Origin: the human T2T-CHM13v2.0 reference genome, Homo sapiens
DNA: 64,000 nucleotides
Strand: one strand, 5' to 3'
Assembly (NCBI RefSeq): GCF_009914755.1
Contig: NC_060947.1
Shown one piece after another: positions 32,496 through 45,592 of the stretch; positions within the stretch are counted from its first letter, which is position 1; each line of letters begins with the position of its first letter. Position numbers and translations under genes: made by a program. The notes under the pieces were generated by a model, which saw only the letters and a list, made by a program, of their open reading frames with translations, searched no databases and had not been told where the DNA came from.

Positions 32496-33900
32496 AGAAA
32501 AAAAAATTGTTAAATTGGACTTCATCAAATTTGAAATTTTTGTGCTGCAAATGATACCATCAAGAAAGTGAAAATCTCACCCACAGAATGAGAGAAAGTA
32601 TTTGCAAATCATATATCTGATAAGGGTATTGAATTTAGAATATATAAAGAACTCTTGCAACTCAATATAAAAAGACAACCCAATTTTAAAATGGGCAAAG
32701 TATTTGAATAGAAATTTCTTGATAGAAGATATACAAATTTAAAAATGCTCAACATCATTAGTCATTAGGGAAATGCAGATCAAAACCAAATTGAGATACC
32801 GGTTTACACCTATTAAGATGGCTATAGAATAAAAGAACAAATAACAAGTATTGGCTTTAATGTGGAGGAGCCAGAACCCTTATATATTGCTGGTAAAATG
32901 TAAAGTCATGCAGCCCTTTGAAATACAGTCTGCAAGTCTTTAAAAAATTACTATTTGTTATTTGGTTTTTCTTCACTTTTAATTTAGGTTCAGAGGTACA
33001 TATGCAGGTTTGCTATATAGCTAAATTGTGTGTCACAGGAGTTTAGTGTACACATTATTTCATCACCCAGGTAATAAGCATGGTACCCAATAGGTAGTTT
33101 TTCTATCCTCACCCTCCTCCTACCCTCCACCATCAAGTAGGCCCTGGTGCCTCTTGTTCTTTTCTTTGTGTTCATATGTACTCAATATTTAGCTTCCACT
33201 TATCAGTGAGAACATGTGGTATTTGGTTTTCTGTTCCTGCTTTAGTTTGCTTAGGATACTGGCCTCCAGATTCATCCACGTTGCTGCAAAGGACATGATC
33301 TCATTCTTTTTGCATAGTATACTATGGTGTACATGTATCAAAAATGTTACTGTTTGACCTAGTAATTCTATTCCAAGGTAAATACTCAAGAGAAATGAAA
33401 ACATGTCCACACAAATACTTGTACACAAATGTTCATTGCAGCATTATTTATAATAGCCAAAGAGTGGACGACAAATGTCTTCCAAATGTGGGCTCCAAAT
33501 GTCCACCAACTGATAAATGGAAAAACAAAATGTGGTATATCCATGCCATGGTTTATCTGTCAATAATAAGAAATGAAGTACTCATACATGCTCCAACATG
33601 GATGAACCTTGAAAACATTATGCTAGGTGAAAAAAGCAACTCACAAAAGACTACACTGTATGATTTTATTTGTATTAAATGTCCATAAAAGAAAAATATT
33701 TAGAGATAGAAAGGAAATTAGTTTTTCCAGGGTCTGGGAGGAGACAGTATGAGGAGTGGCTGCTAATGGGTACAGGATTTCTTTTTGGAGTGATATAATT
33801 GCTCTAAAATTAGTTTGCAGTAATAGATGTGAGTATGCTAAAATGGGTGAATTTTATAGTATGTGAAATATAACTCAGTAAGCCCATTAAAAACAACCTA
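32496..33900 (+). mobile_element. Old L1M (L1MB7-like) ORF2 end and 3'UTR, right part of the 22970-25734 element
   Basis: aaattggacttcatcaaa...catatatctgataaggg...ggatgaaccttgaaaacattatgcta...ctgctaatgggtacagg...aaatgggtgaattttat. Confidence 0.85.
32960..33338 (-). mobile_element. L1PA15/16- or L1PB-like 3' end nested in the old L1
   Basis: ttaggttcagaggtacatatgcaggtttg...catcacccaggtaataagcat...; ORF2 C-terminus WMNLEASILSKLKQEQKTK; degenerate TSD ttactatttg/ttactgtttg. Confidence 0.85.
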
Positions 33901-35417
33901 ATTAAATTAAAACCAAGCTATAACAGAAATATTATATGGCTTTGGCAGTTTAGAATAGTGGGAAAATATGGAGTAAGGGTGGGGAAATAGTCCCAAGTAT
34001 AATTCTGGTTTTGTCACTACTAGTGTATGGACTTGGACAAGTCATTTGCTTTCTCTAAGTATCAGTTTGCATATATGCAAAATAGAGGTAATGATACCTA
34101 CCTCAGTGGTACCTTTTCAAAACCTTGTTCTTCCTCATCTCTCCTCTACCACTTTCTCATAATATTATTACAGTAATAACCATTTATTAAGCACTGTGTC
34201 CGCAGTGGTGTGGGGCTGCTTTACCTCCACAACTTCACTGAATCCTCACTGCAGTCTTGTGGGATCTTTATTTCTTTGCCCATTTTACATGTAAATAAAT
34301 TGAAGTCAAATGAGTTGTTCAAGGTCCTTCTGTTAGCAAGTGGCAGAGATGGACATGAAAACTAGATCTTCTACCTATGTGTCTTTCCACTTCAACTAAA
34401 GAATTTATTAAAGAGAATTGAAAAGCTATGAACTAAATTTCGGTAATACTTTTAATAGTAAACATTGCTGCCCTCGTGAATGAACACACACTAAATTTCA
34501 AATCTCACGGTGGCAGGGAATAAAGATGCTACCTATCTTAAGCCATTACTTCACCAACTTCTCCACCAAAATATTCCTTGTAACCACAAATAAGTAAGCA
34601 CAATAGATCTATAAGGAGAGAATAATTGTGAACTCTGATTTTATCTTAAAAAGTCATGTAGGGATGTCATGTTCCACAATGTGATTAATAAAATATATTT
34701 TGTTACTAAACACAAGGAAAAATATTATGTTCCATAAAGATGTTTGGTGGTTGCCTCGACCTCTTTTAGTTTGAAAAGTAGGTATGTATGAGAAAGATAT
34801 GTGTTTACATGTTTACCCTTGCCTTCTCTCTGTCTCTTCCCCTCTCTCTCCCTCCCTCCCCAACCCCTATGCCCTACACCCCCGCAACCCCCACATGTAT
34901 TTACCTTTCTCTAAAAGCTCTGCATAGCCAAGAAAAGTGCTCTTTTTTATTTTTAGGATATTAGATATTTCATTTTCTTATGGTAAGACAAAAGATTAAG
35001 GCAACCAAGACTTACAATGTGCCTACCATGTGGCAGGCACAGAGGCAAGGGCTTTTACATGTTATTTAATGTAATTGTAATTCTCACAAAAGCCGTCTAG
35101 AGTTGAAAATATTTCCAACTCTAAATGAGGCAAATGGAGCACAGAGAGCCTTAATTATTTCACCCAAAGTTCAGTGGTAGAGGCAGGATTCCAACCCAGG
35201 TCTGGTGGGCTCCAAATCCTTGTTGGGTTGCCATTCCTCTTGCTAACAAATAAAACTGGTCTGTGACTTTTGCATTTCACCCCGCTTCCACAGTCACTGG
35301 TGGGACTTACTTAAGTTAATCAGATTCTTCAAAGTATCCCCAAGTCCTCCTTTGAAAAGAAAGTTGGGGGACAGGAGGAGGAGCAGAGGAGAGGAGATAA
35401 AAAGGAAAGGAGTCAGG

Positions 35418-35437
35418 GAGAGAGAGAGAGAGAGAGA
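35418..35437 (+). repeat. (GA)10 microsatellite
   Basis: Read directly. Confidence 0.9.
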
Positions 35438-37004
35438 AACCTGGTGATCTCAGCTGGGTGCCAAGGTTTCCTAAGCCCAAGTTCCCCATGGTTGAGCCTG
35501 TATTGTCAGGCCAACAGCTTCTAGTAATCCACTTTTATTTAATTAATAGTGAAACTGTTGAAGAATTGCAAGTGGTGTTCTGGTTCAGAAACCTTCCGTT
35601 CTATGGGGCACTGCTTTTGCTTCAGATTCATAAAACCAAATGCTCTGCCTCAAGATAATAAGTGAACGTGTAACCCTCGGGAGGTAAGAAAAAACACAAT
35701 GTCACGTGCAAATTCTGCACTTGTTCTCAAAGCAAACCTCTCCTGTGTTTGCAATTAGGATGTTATCTAGGAGCATATTCAAAACTTTTGAGGTTTTTAT
35801 TTTAGTTTTTCTTTCATTATGTGCTGTTTTAGTAATATCAAAGAATACATGTAATATATAATTTATATGTCATAACAATAAAATTAATGTTGATGAGCCC
35901 AGATTAAAGAATCAACAACATTAACATCATGATTGCATCAACCCTATTAGAATGGAAGCTCTGTGAAGGCATGGATTTTTGTCCATTTTGTTCACTGCTA
36001 TATCCCCAGGACCTAGAGGAGTGTCAGCCACATAATAGGAGCTTAGTCAATATTTTAAAAATAAGAGCATAAATCTACTTATATCCTCTTTCCTCTTACC
36101 ATCACTCCCAGCCTCCCCTCAGAGGTAACCACTATCCTATATTTGGGCTTTATTATTCCCTTGCATTTTGATAAGTTTTCACATGTATATTCCCAAATAA
36201 TATATTGCTTGCTTTTGCTTCTTTTTAAACTTTATATAATGGAATCATATTGTATGTATCCTATTGTGAATTATGTCTTTTACACAACATTAGTATTTGA
36301 GATTCAACTATGTGTAGCTCGATTCCATTCCTTTTCATTGCTGATTGTAGTTTATTGGATATGTGTGCCATAAATTATTTTTCTCCTGTCAGTTAATGTT
36401 TATCATTTATGCTTTAATAAACAAAACTGCTATGACTGTTCCTGCATGTGCCTCCTAGTACATATGTGACCAACTTTCTCTAGGATATAAGCCTGAGAGA
36501 GGGACTGCAGTTGGAATTTACATTTCCAAAGCCCAAAGTTTAGCTCATGAGTCAGAGCTGCAATGTGCCCTTTGTCCACACTAGGTCAGGATCAGTGGGA
36601 GTGCTACCCAAAATATTTTGCTAGCTGGGGAGTCAGGGAGAAGCAGAGACTGACCTAGTGAGGCCAGGAGGCACTATCTCAGGTCTCTAGTCAAAATGGG
36701 TTGCAATTAGTAAAAGTCCAGATTCTGAATCCCCTTCACTATTTATCTTCCTCTTCCTCCTTTACAGTTATTTTTGTTCAAGGTGCACTTTATTAAACTC
36801 ATGCCTAACAAACAAAACTCTAATGAATATTTTGTCTTTCATTGATTGTAAATTCAATTAATTAGATTGCTTGAAAAAATTTTAACTGTATTTTCACTTT
36901 AGTATGGATGAAAATTTCGATTTCTTTAAAAAACATTTTTTAATAATAACACAACATAAAGTCTACCCTCATAACAAAATTTAAGGGCACAACACCATAT
37001 TGTT

Positions 37005-37482
37005 TTTTTTTTATTTTATTATTATTATACTTTAAGTTTTAGGGTACATGTGCACAACGTGCAGGTTTGTTGCATATGTATACATGTGCCATGTTGGTGT
37101 GCTGCACCCATTAACTCGTCATTTAGCATTAGGTATATCTCCTAATGCTATCCCTCCCCCCTCCCCCCACCCCACAACAGTCCCCAGTGTGTGATGTTCC
37201 CCTTCCTGTGTCCATGTGTTCTCAATGTTCAGTTCCCACCTATGAGTGAGAACATGTGGTGTTTGGTTTTTTGTCCTTGCCATAGTTTGCTGAGGATGAT
37301 GGTTTCCAGCTTCATCCATGTCCCTACAAAGGACATGAACTCATCCTTTTTTATGGCTGCATAGTATTCCACGGTGTATATGTGCCACATTTTCTTAATC
37401 CAGTCTATCATTGTTGGACATTTGGGTTGGTTCCAAGTCTTTGCTATTGTGAATAGTGCCGCAATAAACATACGTGTGCATG
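37005..37482 (-). mobile_element. 5'-truncated L1PA (PA4/5-like) with perfect 16-bp TSD, inserted in an older L1M 3' fragment (~36935-37592)
   Basis: TSD ACAACACCATATTGTT at 36989-37004 and 37483-37498; L1 3'UTR and ORF2 C-terminus. Confidence 0.95.
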
Positions 37483-37656
37483 ACAACACCATATTGTTAA
37501 CTGTAGGCACAATGTTGTACAGCAGACGTCTAGAACTTTTTCTTCAGGCTTAACTGAAACTTTATAGCCATTGAACAGCAACACTCCATTTCCGTTTCTT
37601 AAAGGTCCTTTACAAAATGAGCTTTCTGCGTGTTTCCATTTTGTTTATCTGATAAC

Positions 37657-40584
37657 TTTTTTTTCTTTTTTTATTATACTTTAAGTTCTGGGGTACATGT
37701 GCAGAATGTACAGGTTTGTTACATAGGTACACACATGCCAGGGTGTTTGGCTGCACCTATCAACCTGTCATCTACATTAGATATTTCTCCTAATGCTATT
37801 CCCTCCCTTGCCCCTCACCCCTCACTGGCCCCAGTGTGTGATGTTCCCTAGCCTGTGTCCAAGTGTTCTCATTGTTCAACTCCCACTTTTGAGTGAGAAC
37901 ATGCAGTGTTTGATTTTCTTTTCTTGTGTTAGTTTGCTGAGAATGATGGTTTCCAGCTTCATCCATGTCCCTGCAAAGGACATGAACTCTTCCTTTTATA
38001 TGGCTGCACAATATTCCATGGTGTATATGTGCCACAATTTCTTTATCCAATCTATCATTGATGGGCATTTCAGTTGTTCCAAGTCTTTGCTATTGTGAAT
38101 AGTGCCACAGTAGACATAAGTGTGCATGTGTCTTTATGGTAGAATGATTTATAATCCTTTGTTTATATACCCAGTAATAGAAATGCTTGGTCAAATGGTA
38201 TTTCTAGTTCTAGATCCTTGAGGAATTGCCACACTGTCTTCCACAATGGTTGAACTAATTTACACTCCCACCAACAATGTAAAAGCGTTCCTATTTCTTC
38301 ACATCCTCTCCAACACCTGTTGTTTCCTGACTTTTTAATGATCACGATTCTAACTGGCGTGAGATGGTATTTCATTGTGGTTTTGATTTGCATTTCTCTA
38401 ATGACCAGTGATGATGAGCTTTTTTTCATGTTTGTTGACCGCATAAATGTCTTCTTTTGAGAAGTGCCTGTTCATTTCCTTCACCCACTTTTTGATGGGG
38501 TTGTTTGTCTTTTTCTTGTAAATTTGTTTAAGTTCATTGCACATTCTGGATATTAATTAACCTTTCGTCAGATGGATAGACTGCAGAAATTTTCTCCCAT
38601 TCTGTAGGTTGCTTGTTCACTCTGATGATCGTTTCTTTTGCTGTGCAGAAGCTCTTGAGTTTAATTAGATCACATTTGTCAATCTTGGCTCTTGTTGCCA
38701 TTGCTTTTGGTGTTTTAGTCATGTAGTCTTTGCCCATGCCTATGTCCTGAATGGTATTGCCTAGGTTTTCTTCTAGGGTTTTCATGGTTTTAGGTCTTAC
38801 GTGACTCATCTTGATTTAATTTTTGTGTAAGGTGTAAGGAAGGGGTCCAGTTTCAGTTTTCTGCATATGGCTAGCTAGTTTTCCCAACACCATTTATTAA
38901 ATAGGGAATCCTTTCCCCATTGCTTGTCTTTGTCAGGTTTGTCAAAGATTAGATGGTTGTAGATGTGTGGTATTATTTCTGAGACCTCTGTTCTGTTCCA
39001 TTGGTCTATATATCTGTTTTGGTACCAGTACCGTGCTATTTTGGTTACTGTAGCCTTGTAGTATAGTTTGAAGTCAGGTAGCATGATGCCTCCAGCTTTG
39101 TGCTTTTGGCTTAGAATTGCCTTGGCTATGCAGGCTCTTTATTGGTTCCATATGAAATTTAAAGTAGTTTTTTTATAATTCTGCGAAGAAAGTCATTGGC
39201 AGCTTGATGGGGTTAGCATTGAATCTGTAAAACACTTTGGGCAGTTTGGCCATTTTCATGATAATGATTCTTCCTATCCATGAGCATGGAATGGTTTTCC
39301 ATTTATTTTTGTCTTCTCTTATTTCCTTGAGCAGTGGTTTGTAATTCTCCTTGAAGAGGTCCTTCACATCCCTTGTAAGTTGGATTCCTACATATTTTAT
39401 TCTGTTTGTAGCAATTGTGAATGGGAGTTCACTCATGATTTGGCTCTCTGTTTGTCTGTTATTGGTGTATAGGAATGCTTGTGATTTTCGCACACTGATT
39501 TTGTATCCTGAGACTTTGCTGAAGTTGCTTGTCAGCTTAAGGTGATTTTGGGCTGAGAGAATGGGGTTTTCTGAATATACATTCATGTCATCTGCAAACA
39601 GAGACAATTTGACTTCCTGTTTTCCTATTTGAATATCCTTTATTGCTTTCTCTTTCCTGATTGCCCTGGCCAGAACTTCCAATACTATGTTGAATAGGGG
39701 TGGTGAGAGACGGCATCCTTGTCTTGTTCTGGTTTTCAAAGGGAGTGCTTCCAGTTTTTGACCATTCAGTATGATATTGGGTGTGGGTTTGTCATAAATA
39801 GCTCTTATTATTTTGAGATATATTCCATCAATACCTAGTTTATTGAGAGTTTGAGCATGAAGCAGTGTTGTATTTTGTCGAAGGCCTTTTCTGCATCTAT
39901 TGAGATAATCATATGGTTTTGTCATTGGTTCTGTTGATGTGATGGATTATGTTTATTGATTTGTGTATGTTGAACCAGCCTTGCATCCCAGGGGTGAAGC
40001 GGACTTGATCGTGGTGGATAAGCTTTTTGATGTGCTGCTGGATTGGGTTTGCCAGTATTTTTTTATTGAGGATTTTTGCACTGATGTTCATCAGGGTTAT
40101 TGGCCTGACGTTTTCTTTTTTTGTTGTGTCTCTGCCAGGTTTTGGTATCAGGATGATGCTGGCCCATAAAATGAGTTAGGGAGGATTCCTTCTTTTTCTG
40201 TTGTTTGGAATAGTTTCGGAAGGAATGGTACCAGCTCCTCTTTGTACATCTGGTAGAATTCATCTGTGAATCCTTCTGGTTCTGGACTTTTTTTGGTTGG
40301 TAGGCTATTAATTACTTCCTCAATTTCAGAACTTGTTATAGTTCTATTCAGGTATTTGACTTCCTGCTTTAGGCTTGGGAGGGTATATGCGTTCAGGAAT
40401 TTATCTATTTCTTCTAGATTTTCTATTTTATTTGCCCCAGAGGTGTTTATAGTATTCTCTGATGGTAATTTGTATTTCTGTGGGATCCGTGGTGATATCC
40501 CCTTTATCATTTTTTATTGCATCTGTGATTCTTCTCTCTTTTCTTCTTTAGTAGTCTGGCTAGTGGTCTATCTACAAAATAGAC
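37657..40584 (-). mobile_element. 5'-truncated 2.9-kb L1PA (PA7/8-like)
   Basis: Multiple ORF2 RT/C-terminal peptides in the track (FADD); TSD TGTTTATCTGATA at 37642-37654 and 40585-40597. Confidence 0.95.
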
Positions 40585-40939
40585 TGTTTATCTGATATTT
40601 ATTTTGTAATTATCTAATAATAACCATCATTATCATCATCAGCATTATCATTATCATCTCCTTTACCCATACATACATTTGTGTCTTTCAAATAATAATC
40701 CCATCTTTGAAGTGCATCCTCATCTTTAGCAGTCTGCACTCTGCTTTCTTATATCATTTATTATCTTATTTTATAATTATTTATTTCCAGTCCTTCTTCT
40801 CTAACAGATAGTAGTTTCTTAGGGCCAAGGAAATATCTCGATCACCACTATATCCCCAGCACCTAACCCTGTGCCTGGTCCATAGGGCCAGATGCTAAGA
40901 GTTGAGTTGAACCATTGTACCTAATCTTAACCTTCATTA

Positions 40940-41190
40940 GCACAACATGGTTTGTCAGTGGTTAAGAATCTACACTTTGGAGTCAGACTCACCCAGGATG
41001 GAATCCTGGCATTGCCACTTATTATTAATAGATGCGTGATCTTGAACAAGTTTACTTAATTGTTCTGAGCATCAGTTTCCTCTTCTGCAATATAGGGATG
41101 ATACACAGCTACCTGGTAGGTTGTTGGGAAAATTAAATGGGATGATATGTATGAAATGGCCTGGCATATAGAGTGCCTAAATACATGTTC
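40940..41190 (+). mobile_element. MIR SINE
   Basis: cagtggttaaga...ctttggagtcagac...gaacaagtttacttaa...tcagtttcctcttctg...gcctggcatatagagtgcc. Confidence 0.85.
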
Positions 41191-43090
41191 TTCTGATTCT
41201 ATTTGGACAGTTTGTGTTAGTAACAGAAGTCAAAAAGGTGGAGAAAGGAGAAAGGTACTTGTGAAAATTTTCTATTTCTTCTCCATGTTTCATTCAGGAC
41301 TGAGGAAGGGGGCACAGTTTTTACCCAAGGAAATGACATTTTTAGCCAAAAGAAATGATCTTAGCATTTAGCTGAATTATATATTGGAAGTAAGCTCCTT
41401 CCATGTGGAACTTATGGCCTTGCTAGCCTTGGTTTGTTGGAAGTGCTCTTGCTGGCTTTCTAGTTAGGGTAGGGAAAGGAAGGCTTGTGGGGAATGAAGA
41501 TAGGCCATGATATCAAGCCACTGGGTTTGCAAATCAGTAGAATTTTTTATTGCTTTCTGTTGTACTTGGGACTTGAATAAAGGCTGATATTTGTGTCTTG
41601 CTGGTAAAGTGCTTGTAAAGTGAGTGAAAGTTTTCTTTGCTCTTGTCCTGACATAGCTGTTCACTTGGGGTTGAGGGGAGGATAACCTTTCATGTTTTTT
41701 TTTTTTTTTTCATTCTGATGACTGTGCTGAACATTCAAACCAAAAGGCCATTGGTGGAAAGTAAAGGTGAGTGGTGAGAAGACAATAGGGTAATGGAAAC
41801 TGTGTTGGACTTGTAATCAAATTGTCCTGCACTTCCCCTCTCCAAGTCTTAACGTTTTTCATCTGTACAGTGGATATTAAAATGAGAAAATAAGCTTGTC
41901 TTCACAGAGTTTTCGTTAGGTGTTGACACAACAAACAGGCTCCCATTAGGGCTCATTTTCCTTCATTCCTTAGTAAGGAAGAAGTGCTTATAAAATATAG
42001 CAGTTGTGCTCTTGTGAATGATAGCATGGGCAGTTGTCATCTCCCTGAAGCAGATGTAACCCAGAATGTCACTTGAGTTTTGTTTAATGCTTAGGCATAA
42101 GACATAGGAATGACAAAAGCTGACCTTTGGGTAGTGAGAACAATGTTCCATTTTGTTCAAACTTGAATTTTTTACTATAGGAGACTGAGAATTAACCTTC
42201 CATGAAGGTTTTAGGATTGGCTTTCTGGCCCTTCTCCTTCATATCCACCTGAAAGAGCTTGGGCGCAGAAGTTCTTGCAGAAAGGCAGTTAGACAAGGTG
42301 ACTTCTGAAGCTCCAGTGGCCAAGTATTTTGATGGTAGCCTAAAAGATGTCCAGAATCATTGTACATCATTTTTTCAACAGAAGCTTCAGGCATAGGGAT
42401 TATGCTTGGTACTTTATGTTGTGGAATGGAATCTGGCGGATGTCCATGTGATCTATAGAAACACCTAAGGAAAGTGAAGAAATGAGGGAAAAAAAAGAAC
42501 AAGACTTTTATGATAATACTAATCACGATCCTTGTGTATTTATTCCAATGGCATTTTATCCATTATCTGATTTATATTACCACTCACAGCAGCAGCTCAA
42601 TAGGATGGGAGATATTATCTCTATTTTATAGATGAGATTTGAGGCTCACGAAGCTAAAGCAAGGAACATCAAATCACTTTGATATTTGGTCTGGTTTTGT
42701 TATAGGTCTCCCTTTGGATGAGGTAAAGTTACAAACCTGGGTTCATATCATTTAATTAGTCTGAAAATGTTGCCTGGACACCACCTTCAGTTAGATATCT
42801 TAACCTCAGGCTTCCTGCCTTCATTGCTCCCGCATATAGACATAGACTATGAGATTGGCTAATCCCAGAGAACTTCCCTAATCCCTTGGCAAGATCCAAA
42901 AAGGCTCAGTCACACCCTACAACCATCATCTTTAGGAGAAGTCTCAGAAAATTCAGCTTCACACTAACTAACTTGAGCAATGAATAATAGTCATTTATGC
43001 CTGCAGGTTAATGCTGAAGACCTGAGACTTCACTTGCCTATTTCTGCCATTCAGTGACATGTGTTGCATTGGTTTTTTGTGTCTTTCCAG

Positions 43091-43242
43091 TTTGGAGACT
43101 GCCAGGGACCATGTTTTGCCCATTGACTATTACTTTCCACCCCAGAAGACCTGCCTGATCTGTGGAGATGAAGCTTCTGGGTGTCACTATGGAGCTCTCA
43201 CATGTGGAAGCTGCAAGGTCTTCTTCAAAAGAGCCGCTGAAG
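43091..43242 (+). CDS. AR: Androgen receptor exon 2 (152 nt): first C4 zinc finger / P-box of the DNA-binding domain
   Basis: Translates [50 protein letters not shown](G), the AR sequence. Flanked by tttccag and gtaaag. The first base completes an upstream codon (phase-2 intron 1). Confidence 0.99.
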
Positions 43243-45562
43243 GTAAAGGGTCTTGCACATGCACTTCTCTTTCCCTTTCTCCTTTACCTTCCAGAGAGAG
43301 ACACTAACCTTTCAGGGCCCAGGATTTTATCATCTCAGAAATAGAGTCATTGGCAAGGCCCTATCAAATAACTTAGGAGCCTAAGGAAGCAAATTTTTGT
43401 ACTTGCTAGTTCCCTGGTTTCAGCAGCCTTGTTTGTACAGGCAATGTAGGCAGTGAAGGTGGTCCCAGCTGGGGCTTGGGGCTCAGTGGGTCCTAGAAAT
43501 GAAAGAAAAATTAATGATTTGAAAAGATTTAATTTCCTCCCTTCTTGTTTTCTACTCTGCTGGCTAGTAAAGGAAAAATTTGTCCTTATTAGAGAGGTTA
43601 GAAGTGGAGAAACCCCAACTGAGTCCCCAGCCTGTTCCTTGGGATGAATATGAGACTGTTCCTTAGCAAAGGCTTCCTGGCCTCGGCCCCAGAAAGGGAG
43701 TGTTCTCACTCTTCAGCAGACTATCAGTCTCTGCACCTGCTCCCTCCTGTTGTGGCCTCCTTGGGACCTGTCTTTGCATTAATAGTTCCTAGGTAGGTAA
43801 GAACTCAGAGTGAAGAAACACATTTATTCTCCTCTCCAGAGACCTGATCTCAAAGCCTGTCCATTAGTCCCTAACCTTAATCTAAGGTAGCATCTTATAT
43901 CTGGCTAAATTGGCTCAAGCCCTAGCTCCTTAGTTTTATTTAGCTTAGAACAACTCATGTCTGCTCAACCTCTAGAGGCGCTCAGCCCACATTCTGCAGT
44001 AGAAACTCCCATTTTCAGGCCTCTTATATACGGTAATGTCTCCTTCCTCTAACCACCCAGGGCTTAAGCTTCCTGCTTATCCACTTCACCCTGTATTGAG
44101 GGCTTTCTTCTCAAAGAGACATTGATGAGGAGCCCCTAGAGAGAGATGCTGTGCTCTGGGACCAGACCCCTTGTTAAACACCAGTATTCACCTCTGCCCC
44201 AACTTTCCCCAAAGAGGTACTTCCTGCCAAGGCCTTTCTCTTTCCTCTCACTGGCTGGAAGTGTTGAGTTCCACTTCAGAACCAGAACAGAGAACCTTTC
44301 CTTCTATAAGAGCTATAAACCTTGAGAACAGTCTTAAAACATAGGTATGTAGGCCACACCATTCACCACGAATGTACTGATACTCATCAGAATATGGAAG
44401 AAGCACCAGAGAGTTTGAAGCATCTAGAGAAAAGGTAGAAAGAGAATGCCCTTTAACTGACCTCCTCAGTGATAGCCAATCACAATGATGAGTGTTGATT
44501 CATCATTTTGGCTAGGTGGCAGAAATATCTATAAAACAGAAGCTGCCATGTTGTTTTCTTCCAGTCCTCAGGGCCTACAAGAAGGCAGCTATCATTTGGT
44601 ATTACTGAAAACATGCCCCATGTTCAGCTCATACCCCCAAATTACCCATTGCTACTGTTTATGCTGGGCTAATATGAAGCCCAGGGCCCTAATGTCTAGG
44701 TCTAGGCAGTAAGGCCTAGAGCAGTGCCTAAAGAGCCTGAGAGCAGTGCCTTCCTTTCTTCAGAGTACTCATGAAAGGATGGCTGTCAGAAAAGGAAATG
44801 AGGATGGGTTCCAGAGACTTCAGACCACCCCAACTTCCCCAGTGAGACCCTGGCACCTCCCCATACCCTCTCACCTAGCGGGCCCTGTCTATAGAGCGGA
44901 GAATGAAACAGAGCACTCATCTAGAGGTAGTGTGTCAGCAAGCCCAGGCACTGCACCACAGTAATAGCAGCCATATCAGATGGGAAAGGAGTTCAAGTGA
45001 ACAAACAAGCAAATTCAATAGTCAGATAGATTAGATTATACTTGATGCTTCCTCTGAGTTTTACAAATATGGGTCACTAAATTGTTATTTTCAGAAAACA
45101 GGGGAAATGCTCAATCACATTGTGAAAGGGAAGATTTTGCTGTCATATCATACATCCCACATGGGAGCTTTCTGCAGAAGTTAGAGCTGAAGGAGGGAGG
45201 CAGGCAGAAGGGCAACTGGCAGGGCTGCCTGGGAGGAGCTCTGCAATGAGGTGGATCCTGTGCCATTTGAGAACAGGGAAGAAAAGAAATGAGGTTTTGG
45301 GGAGGGAATCACCCAACTCACAGAACACACAGAAATCCAGCAAGGTTTCAAAACGCTCTACACCTTAGAGTCTGTTAAGTTAGGGAAACTCTGTGAGCTC
45401 ATAGGGCCAAATGCACTTGCCTGCTTGAAATATGAAAAATCAGCAATGGATTCCTTGAAAAACAATGAAAAGGGAACCTTCTGAGCCCTTTGGTTATTTT
45501 GACATATGGACCATAGATTTCAGTCCTGAGCCCTTTGAAGGTAGGAGAAGGTGGTTTAGAAA

Positions 45563-45592
45563 ACACACACACACACGCACACAAACACACAC
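45563..45592 (+). repeat. Imperfect (CA)n microsatellite
   Basis: acacacacacacacgcacacaaacacacac. Confidence 0.85.

Noticed and set aside
43059-43307. 82-aa ORF as a standalone zinc-finger microprotein or processed pseudogene
   Set aside because: Only 43091-43242 matches AR and it is bounded by canonical splice sites. The flanks are intronic.
43969-43983. CTCF-like CCTCTAGAGGCGCTC
   Set aside because: One base short between the YAG and GGCG parts of the core consensus, so not supportable without a PWM or ChIP data.
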